From Promethearchaeota archaeon (GTDB taxonomy: Archaea; Asgardarchaeota; Lokiarchaeia; Sigyniarchaeales; SOKP01), in contig JBHLMQ010000030.1 in NCBI GenBank assembly GCA_048938005.1, positions 1 through 26,280 on the forward strand: a DNA stretch of 26,280 nt, given 5' to 3'. Within the stretch, counting starts at the first letter, position 1. The number at the start of each line of letters is the position of its first letter. Positions 1 to 7,800 of the stretch are shown in pieces. Under the pieces are notes generated by a model. The model was not told the origin of the DNA and did no database searches. It was given only the letters and a program-made list of their open reading frames with translations. The position numbers were made by a program, and so were the translations under genes.

Positions 1-318
1 TTTTTTGGAGTAAAAATTGGCAAAAGGGGAATATATGATAATAGCTGGATCTCTTCTGAATTTGTTTCAATTGGTAAGAATGTGATAATTGGAATGGGAA
101 GCACTATATTAAGTTTTGGAATTGAACAAGATAAGTTTATTTTAGAAAAAATTATTATAGAAGATGATGTTTTAATCGGAGCTAAATGTGTGTTATTACC
201 AGGAACTCACATTAAACGTAATTCAAAATTATCCGCTCATTCATACACAAATTTTGATCAGGTACTAGAAGAAAATTCAATATATATAGGCCATCCAGCA
301 AAATTAAAAGAGAATTAG
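1..318 (+). CDS. Left-handed beta-helix (hexapeptide repeat) acyltransferase-like protein, 5'-truncated by window edge
   Basis: Frame is open from base 1 (FFGVKIGKRGIYDNSWISSEFVSIGKNVIIG...). Hexapeptide repeats IGKNVIIG, IEDDVLIGAKCVLLPG and a terminal GHPAK motif typical of LbH proteins. Confidence 0.8.
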   Translation, partial: FFGVKIGKRGIYDNSWISSEFVSIGKNVIIGMGSTILSFGIEQDKFILEKIIIEDDVLIGAKCVLLPGTHIKRNSKLSAHSYTNFDQVLEENSIYIGHPAKLKEN

Positions 319-324
319 ATAAAA

Positions 325-1920
325 ATGGCATCTGAAAAAAGTATGAAATTAAAGTATGAGCAAAAGAATCCTTCAAAAAAGAGATTTGTAATCATATCTG
401 ATACTCATATTAGTCGATCTCGAGGTCCTTTTAATCTTCATGTTTTTAATATGGGTATAGAACAGATAAATAAAATAAAAGATGTTGATATCTATTTACA
501 TCTAGGAGATATTACCCATACAGGTACTCTTTTAGAATATGAGTATGCTATGGAACAATTTAAGAAATTTAAGCCGATATCTAAATGTCCACTAATGATA
601 ATAATTGGAAATCATGATGCGATGAACGTTGGGTACTTGCTTTTTGAAGAAATGATTGGGAGAAGGCATTATGAATATGAAGATGATGAAATATATGTAA
701 TTGGAATAGATAGCACTAAACCAGATTTACCAGGGGGAATTATTCATCATAATATAATCGAAGCTGTTAAAAAGAGATTGGAAAAACCAGAAAGAGAAAA
801 TAAATTCAAGGTAGTGTGCTTTCATCATCAGCTCATCCCTATTCCAAATACTGGGAAAGAGAGATCTGCTATTGATGATTCAGGAGATATGCTTAAAATG
901 CTTTTGGAAACAAAAGCAGATTTAATTTTGAACGGTCATAGGCACACATCAAATTTATATACTGTAAGTAGTAGTGAAAAAGATTTATATATCTTTAATT
1001 CAGGGACATTTTCTTGTAATAAAACACGATATCGGGACTTATTTACTTATTCAATTATCGACATTGAAGAAAATAATCTCACTTTTAAGATAATCCCTAT
1101 ATTAGATTCAAATTCTAAACGCAAAATTCATCGTCAAGTCAATTATTATCTTCCATTGGAAATAAAAAAAGATCAAAAACCACTTTGTAAGTTTATGCAA
1201 TTATCACATTCTTTAATTAATGAACAATCGGAAAATGAGAGAACTAATTTTGATAGAGCTATTGAAAAAATAAATACAATTAAGGATATAGATTTAGTTG
1301 TACATACTGGAAATGTAACTCAAAATAGTTATAAAGAAGAATTTAGAATCGCAAAAGATAAGATAAAAAAATTAAAATACCCTTATTTAATTGTACCTGG
1401 ATATACAGATTCGGTACCCCCCGCTTGGGAATATTGGAAACAATATTTTGGTGAATTTGATCCTTTATATGAAAATGAAAAAATATATTTTCAAGGATTA
1501 AACTCTACAACCCGGGATTCTCCAGAGGGATTTATCGGGCGAAAAAGATTGAACACTTTTATAGATAAAGTTTTATCTCTAAGTCATCAAAAAATATTTG
1601 GAGTTTGTTGTTTTCACAGTCTGATTCCAACTCCATTAAGTGTGTGGAGGACCGAATTAATAGATTCTGGAGACGTGCTTTCTCAATTTGCTCGTTCACA
1701 AATTGATCTATGTTTAAATAGTTCACCAAGTATCGCATTCAATTTAAAAATTGATTATACTGTGTTTTCTAATGGTGGAAATCTTAACCCTAAACGTTTC
1801 GATGAGTCTTTTATCGAAATTGATATTTATAAAAAGGGTAATGTCGTATTAAAGGAACATAATTTGAGAACTGGTCAAGTAAAAATAGTGGGTAACTATA
1901 ATATCACTATTTTTATATAA
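325..1920 (+). CDS. Calcineurin-like metallophosphoesterase (Icc/CpdA-like) with two tandem domains, the second degenerate
   Basis: Domain 1 has all five motifs: SDTH, LGDIT, GNHD, FHH, GHRH. Domain 2 equivalents are SHSL, TGNVT, GYTD, FHS, NSSPS. Confidence 0.85.
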   Translation: MASEKSMKLKYEQKNPSKKRFVIISDTHISRSRGPFNLHVFNMGIEQINKIKDVDIYLHLGDITHTGTLLEYEYAMEQFKKFKPISKCPLMIIIGNHDAMNVGYLLFEEMIGRRHYEYEDDEIYVIGIDSTKPDLPGGIIHHNIIEAVKKRLEKPERENKFKVVCFHHQLIPIPNTGKERSAIDDSGDMLKMLLETKADLILNGHRHTSNLYTVSSSEKDLYIFNSGTFSCNKTRYRDLFTYSIIDIEENNLTFKIIPILDSNSKRKIHRQVNYYLPLEIKKDQKPLCKFMQLSHSLINEQSENERTNFDRAIEKINTIKDIDLVVHTGNVTQNSYKEEFRIAKDKIKKLKYPYLIVPGYTDSVPPAWEYWKQYFGEFDPLYENEKIYFQGLNSTTRDSPEGFIGRKRLNTFIDKVLSLSHQKIFGVCCFHSLIPTPLSVWRTELIDSGDVLSQFARSQIDLCLNSSPSIAFNLKIDYTVFSNGGNLNPKRFDESFIEIDIYKKGNVVLKEHNLRTGQVKIVGNYNITIFI

Positions 1921-2078
1921 TTTAGAAAAAATACAATTTCAGAGAATTTTTTGAGACAGATATACTGTCTATTTTTGATAAAAAATAAACTTAAAAATAA
2001 TATATATTTTATAAAAATAAGTAAAACGCCTTATTTGAATAAATTATTAGAGAATTCTATTATCTTAAGGATATTTTT

Positions 2079-2363
2079 ATGGTTAAAGTGAAACTGAACT
2101 TATTAAATATTTTCCAGCTTAGAATTAATAAAAAGGCTATAGACTATGAAGGTAAAACCGTTGGAGATATTATCTCTCAATTTTTAAAAGAAAATAAGGA
2201 TAAACTCGATAATGAATTATTTAATAATAATAATAAGAAAAAGTTTAGTGCTCAAATTCTTATTTTGTTAAATGGTCGAAACATTAAATATCTTAAAAAC
2301 TACAAAACAGCCCTTAAAGACGGAGATGAACTTTACTTATCCTATGCGCTAGCTGGAGGCTAA
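2079..2363 (+). CDS. MoaD/ThiS/SAMP-family ubiquitin-like (beta-grasp) protein
   Basis: 94 aa, with TVGDII, ILLNGRNI...LKDGDEL and a C-terminal diglycine (LAGG). Confidence 0.9.
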   Translation: MVKVKLNLLNIFQLRINKKAIDYEGKTVGDIISQFLKENKDKLDNELFNNNNKKKFSAQILILLNGRNIKYLKNYKTALKDGDELYLSYALAGG

Positions 2364-2512
2364 AACCTTGCTTTTTTAATCATTAAGCTTAAATATAAAA
2401 AATATCATTATTTTCTTACGAAAAGTGATTATTTATTAATAGTTTTTAATATTGAATAATTTAGAAGACATTTCTAGAAAAACAATATTATATCTAGATT
2501 TGGTGGTTTTTT

Positions 2513-3448
2513 ATAACTAAAAAGATTGGCATAATGGGTTTGGATAATGCAGGTAAAACCAGTATCATAACAGCAATTACTAAACGTTTCGGTTTTGAGG
2601 AAGAAATCGCAAGATTAACGCCGACAAGAAGAATTGCACGTGATACTTTCAAATTCCTTGGTATAGAATTTACAAGGATGGATTTTGGAGGACAGAAACA
2701 ATATAGGGAAGAATATTTAAAACATCCAGAAAAATATCTAATGGGAACAGAATTAATGTTCTATGTTATAGACGCTCAAGATTTTAATCGATACATCGAA
2801 TCAATAGATTATTTGGAGGAAATATTACTTTTTTTCAAGGAAGAACAAGAATACGTCCCAATATGCATTCTTTTTCATAAATTCGATCCTCAGCTCGTAG
2901 ATGATGTACAAATTAATAAAAGGATTCTCACTTTAAAGCAAGCATTAACAAGATATTCTAATGATTTTGACATCTTCTTCTTTGAGACAACAATATTTGA
3001 TATAAAATCAATCATGGACGCTTTTTCAAGTGGATTATCAATGTTATTCGAAAAGATTGAGATGGTTTCACTATTGTTTTCAGAAATGAGTAAAAATTAT
3101 AATACCATTCTAATTGCATTGTTTGACAATAAAGGGGTTACTCTAGGGGAGTACTATAGACCTCATCTTCAATTAAGGGAAAAAATAAAGATTTATGAAA
3201 TTTATTTAGAATTGCAAAAGCGTGTAGTTGGTGAGAATAGAACACTATTTGAGTTTTCTGATAAATTTGAAAGTGGAGAAAGATTTTCAGGTATAATTGA
3301 AGTCCTCCATTTTGGAAATTTAGAGTTTTATTTGTTATTTATCGTTGAAGAGTATGCAGCTGATTTAGAAAAAACGATAACAATTATAGACAGGATCGAA
3401 GCAGCAAAACCTCAAATGGAGAATCTGATTCTGCAAATAATTCAATAA
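2513..3448 (+). CDS. Rag/Gtr-like small GTPase with C-terminal roadblock/longin-like domain (start uncertain; ORF track start 2534 cuts beta-strand 1)
   Basis: G1 GLDNAGKTS, G2 PT, G3 DFGGQ, G4 HKFD, G5 TTIFD (Rag GTPases have HKxD and TSI[WY]D). ~130 aa alpha/beta C-terminal domain (ILIALFDNKGVTLGEY). In-frame upstream residues ITKKIGI complete beta1. Confidence 0.8.
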   Translation: MTKKIGIMGLDNAGKTSIITAITKRFGFEEEIARLTPTRRIARDTFKFLGIEFTRMDFGGQKQYREEYLKHPEKYLMGTELMFYVIDAQDFNRYIESIDYLEEILLFFKEEQEYVPICILFHKFDPQLVDDVQINKRILTLKQALTRYSNDFDIFFFETTIFDIKSIMDAFSSGLSMLFEKIEMVSLLFSEMSKNYNTILIALFDNKGVTLGEYYRPHLQLREKIKIYEIYLELQKRVVGENRTLFEFSDKFESGERFSGIIEVLHFGNLEFYLLFIVEEYAADLEKTITIIDRIEAAKPQMENLILQIIQ

Positions 3449-3461
3449 ATTTTGCAAAAAG

Positions 3462-3566
3462 CGCAGCTGGAGGGATTCGAACCCCCGAGCGCTTACGCGC
3501 ACCGGCTTTCTTGATCATTATAAATAACGCTCGAGGCCGGCGTCTTACCAACTAGGCTACAGCTGC
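3462..3566 (-). tRNA. tRNA-Ser(CGA) with 22-nt intron at 37/38 (intron 3508-3529)
   Basis: Acceptor GCAGCTG/CAGCTGC, discriminator G, anticodon stem CCGGC/GCCGG with loop CT-CGA-G^A, long variable arm GCGC-GTAA-GCGC, T-arm GGGGG-TTCGAAT-CCCTC. Intron forms a BHB-like structure. CCA not encoded; T-tract follows. Confidence 0.95.
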
Positions 3567-3625
3567 TTTAAAAATTGCAAATCTAATTAGTGAAATAGTT
3601 TCCTTATGAAACTTAAAATCTAATA

Positions 3626-3640
3626 TATATAAATTTCTTT
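3626..3640 (-). promoter_or_regulatory. Putative BRE-TATA promoter of the tRNA-Ser gene
   Basis: Minus strand reads AAAGAAA-TTTATATA about 60 nt upstream of the mature tRNA 5' end. AT-rich background lowers certainty. Confidence 0.45.
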
Positions 3641-3665
3641 CTTTTTTCAATGTTAAGAAAACTTA

Positions 3666-3965
3666 TTAAGACGAAGGAATATAAATTTTTAACTTTAAAG
3701 AAGGATCAAGTAATTTGATTAATCCTTCATCTTCATATTGTTTTAATAGTAATTTTATTGTTGATACTCTAATATCAAATTTCACTGCAATATCCGTTGC
3801 TAAAATTGTTTTTCTTTTTAAGATTGATTCTTTTATTTCTTTTTCAAGATTTTTTGGAATAAAAGCATCTCTCTCTACAATATTTATTTGTTTGGTTCTT
3901 CCGTATTTTCTTCTAAGATTTAGTGTAGCTTTTCTCACAATTTGTTTTTCTTCCTTTTCCGGCAC
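3666..3965 (-). CDS. rps25e: Ribosomal protein eS25 (S25e)
   Basis: 99 aa basic protein. Winged-helix pattern KTILATDIAVKFDIRVSTIKLLLKQYEDEGLIKL...KIY matches eS25. GTG start preceded by SD-like GTGAT. Confidence 0.8.
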   Translation of the reverse strand: MPEKEEKQIVRKATLNLRRKYGRTKQINIVERDAFIPKNLEKEIKESILKRKTILATDIAVKFDIRVSTIKLLLKQYEDEGLIKLLDPSLKLKIYIPSS

Positions 3966-4113
3966 TAGAAATCACAATTTATATAATAAAATATAGAGAA
4001 TATTAGCTGAGTGAAATTATAAATATTTAAAATTAAATAAAATTTTTGATTTATTATTGAAAATTTAATTTCAACGTTGATTACTTAATTAAAATATTAA
4101 AATTAAGTCGAAT

Positions 4114-4749
4114 TTGAACGATAGCTATTATTTTAATATTAAAAAGAAAAGACCAGAAGAATTATATGACAATGTCTCAGACTACTTTAAAGGAGAAATT
4201 TTAAAACAATATGCATCTTCCAAAAACATAATTAAAATACAAGAAAAAATAACAATCAGAGCTTTAGAACTATTAAATCTTAGAAAAAAAGAAGGATTAA
4301 TCTTAGATGCTGGCACTGGGCCAGGTTTTACAGCCATTTATTTAAAAGAAATAGGATATAAGACAGTAGGTATTGATATTATTTCAGCATTTTTAAATTA
4401 TTATGATATAAAAGATTTAAATCCAATTGCTTCAGATATGTGTTTTCCCCCTTTTAAACCCAATATTTTTGACGCTATTATTTCTATTTCAGCATTACAA
4501 TGGATATTTAGAGATTTGAAAAATGATCAAATGTATTATTTGTTAAAAAATCTGTTTAAGTCTTTTTTTAAGATCTTAAAACCTAATTCCAAAGTTATAA
4601 TTCAATTTTATCCCAAAAACAGAGAAATTATGGATAAAATTGGTAAAATAATTGTAAAAAACACAGGTTTTAATGGAAATTTCATAATAGATAATCCAAA
4701 TAACCAAAGAAAACGAAAAATTTTTCTTTTGTTAAACAAGGAAGCGTAA
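4114..4749 (+). CDS. bud23: Bud23/WBSCR22-like SAM-dependent SSU rRNA guanine-N7 methyltransferase
   Basis: Class I motif ILDAGTGPG plus family-specific blocks recalled from yeast Bud23: RPEEL, IQxKxTxRALELLNL, PFxxxxFDAxISISAxQW, QFYPKN, GFxGxxxxDxP...KxxLxL. Confidence 0.8.
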   Translation: MNDSYYFNIKKKRPEELYDNVSDYFKGEILKQYASSKNIIKIQEKITIRALELLNLRKKEGLILDAGTGPGFTAIYLKEIGYKTVGIDIISAFLNYYDIKDLNPIASDMCFPPFKPNIFDAIISISALQWIFRDLKNDQMYYLLKNLFKSFFKILKPNSKVIIQFYPKNREIMDKIGKIIVKNTGFNGNFIIDNPNNQRKRKIFLLLNKEA

Positions 4750-4896
4750 TTAGGAAATTTGATAATTATTAAAAGTGGTATATTTATCCTCATTGTTTGC
4801 ATAAGAATTTAATTATAAGCATAATATTTTATTTAACTTCTTTTATGTTATTTTTAAAAATTTATTCTAAAAATTTTAAATCAATTAGATGATTTT

Positions 4897-7800
4897 ATGA
4901 ACAGAATAAAATTAAATACTAGTCGATTAAAAAAAGCATCATTACTATTAACTATAGTATTATTAAGCTTTTTTCCTACCTATTTGACAAATAATTCTAA
5001 TTTTGTAGGTACTACAGAGAATTTAAGGGAAGATCAAAATGAAGAAATTGATTTAGAAAAAATTGGATTAAGTTTATTAGGCGATGATCCCTGGTGGAAC
5101 AGTTCTTGGAGATGTAGAATGATAATTAATGTAACAAATCCTTATCCATTTGATTTTGAAAATTATGGATTAAGTATAACGTTTAATTATAAAACTCTAG
5201 GTCAGAATATTCAATCAAATCTCGATGATATAAGAATTGTTGAAAATGGTACCTTACGTAAATACTATGTGAAAAAGGATTATCCTACAACAGATATGGC
5301 AACTGTATGGTTTGATACAAATATTAATGATACAGTAGTTGGAGATGATATTGAAACTGATACATATATGTATTTTGGAAATGAAGATGCTTTGAATGCT
5401 GAAGCAATTGATCCCTCTGACAGTTTTGGCTGGATAAAAAATGGTGATTTTGAATTGGATATTAATTATTCGAATTATTTTGATCCTTATGGATGGACCT
5501 TCTCTCATGATCCTATAGATAATATTTATGGGTTAGGCAATCCGGGTGTTACAGATGAAAATACATACGGTGTAGAATTTTGCAATCTATTATTAGATAC
5601 AGATTCTGCTTCTCAAGCAGAACGAGTTTATCAAGGCGACAATGCATATAAATTTGGTGCTAATAGAGATGTTTTAGGTTTTTCAGATGTATACAATAGT
5701 TATGCTGGTGCTTTTTTCTCTTACCCTTTTACTATTCCAAAAGTGTACGGAGGGGGTATAGATTTGCATCTATATCGCAATCCTAGAACCTGGGGATTTG
5801 TTACAACAAATGATCCTTCAGATTTAGATAATGATGGTTATTATATTAGACTCTGTGATAATTATGGACTTGATCCTGACACTCACACTGATATTGGTAG
5901 TGGATTTGAAAATTATATTGAACTATGGGGTGGACGAGCATTTTTTACCGGTGGTGGTACTAAACAGGGTCAATGGCAACATGCAACAAAAGTAAGAACC
6001 TTGGACTTATCAGTTACAAATGATACTTATTCAGAAAGTTCTGTGGATGGAGATTTAACTGCTCCACTCAACTTCACAATAAGTAAATTTGAAGGGGATA
6101 CGATATTTTTAGAACTTGGAGTGTGGGGTACAGAAGATAGATATAGATCTGGGTTTTTCCAACTTGATGATGTAAGGTTTAATTATACAGATTTTTCAAC
6201 AAGCTTAAATGAACTACAATATATTAATTCTTCCGTTACTATTATTACTCGAGATGTTGATGGCAGAATTGTTCCTAATGCTGAAGTTATGCTAGTGGAT
6301 AACAGTATACCTAAAGGATTACCTGGTTATCAACTTGCATATGGTATTTCTGATTCTAATGGAAGAGTTAACTTTAAAGATTTAGAAAATCGTATGTATA
6401 ACATTACAGCAAATTATACGCTCGGATCACAAGAAGTAGAAGTTTTTAATAGTTTTGAATTAGGTACTGGCCCATATAACTTTAATGGAATATTCTATAG
6501 CGAGGAGATCACTTTGAATTTATGGACAATAGATTTTGAGGTTGTAGATTGGGATGGAATCCCTCTGAGTTCAGGATATATTAAGGTTAATAATGAAAGT
6601 GGAGGAGATTTATTGCAAACTCTTACGCTAAATAAAAACGGAAAAGCAATGTTTCGGTGGTTAAATGCATCATATTATTATTTCAGTGTATACTATGATA
6701 ATGACGATTACTATGGGAATCCTCTATTATTAAATGAATCCTATATTTACAGGAGTAATTATGATAGGATTGGGGATAAATATCAAGAATACTCTATTTG
6801 GGTAAATAACACAAATATAGCCCCACCTGGAACAAGTTATTCAGTTAGCGAATACATTTATACTAATGGATCGAAAACTGAGTTGGGAAACAAGAAATTA
6901 ACTGAAGTAAAAATTTCATTAACGAATATGGTTGACCAACTAGAAGATGTATCTGTGTATTATATAGATAAAGATGACAATACTGGTACTAGCAACCATT
7001 TGATATATTTTGAAGATGGATATGGTGTTGGTAAAGATAGTGATATTATTGAATTAGATATTCCTTTAATAGAAAATACTAAATTAGAAAGTGAAAATTA
7101 TCAGGTTTACGGTTTATTAATTGAGGTTAACGGAATTAATTACTCTAACCCATGCAATGGTATTATAAAAGTTGAAACGGTTGAAACTTGTAATATATAT
7201 AATAAAACTCATTTAGCCAGAATAAATATACGGACAATAGACACCTTTGACAACCCTATTTCATCTAAAATAAAAATTACTAACATTGCAAACAATAGTC
7301 AATCTCTTGTAAATCTATCTGCTTCAAGTACTACAACAAACGGTTATGCTTATGATATAAATGATTATCCTTTTTGGTATTTAAAAGACCGAACGTATAA
7401 TTTCACTATTGATACATATAACGTGACAAATGCCGTATTCGATGTATACGATGTCGATCCTCCTCAAGTGAAGCCTTTAGGAGTAACATGGTTTAATTTT
7501 ACCCTTACAAAGAATTCTACAATTATTTTTAGAGTGTATTTGCCAGGTGTAAATATTTCATATTATTTTACTTCTTTTGTTAATATTTCTGGTACAGGAG
7601 ATGCTTATTGGAGAGAAGATATCTCTTTTTCAGTAATTTTTGAATATACAGATGATAATGGAATAAATTGGTATCCTGTTACAGATCCCAGCGCAAGCTG
7701 TACATTGTACATTAGTGAAATCATAGGAGATACTGATTTAATAACAGAAATTATGGGACCTGGATCAGGAAATGGCAATTTTACCATAACACTTAATTCC

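Noticed and set aside
2223-2234. (AAT)4 microsatellite encoding NNNN
   Set aside because: Short, in frame and unremarkable at this base composition.
2079-2363. Eukaryote-type ubiquitin system
   Set aside because: The sequence is MoaD/SAMP-like, and no E1, E2, E3 or JAB gene is in the window.
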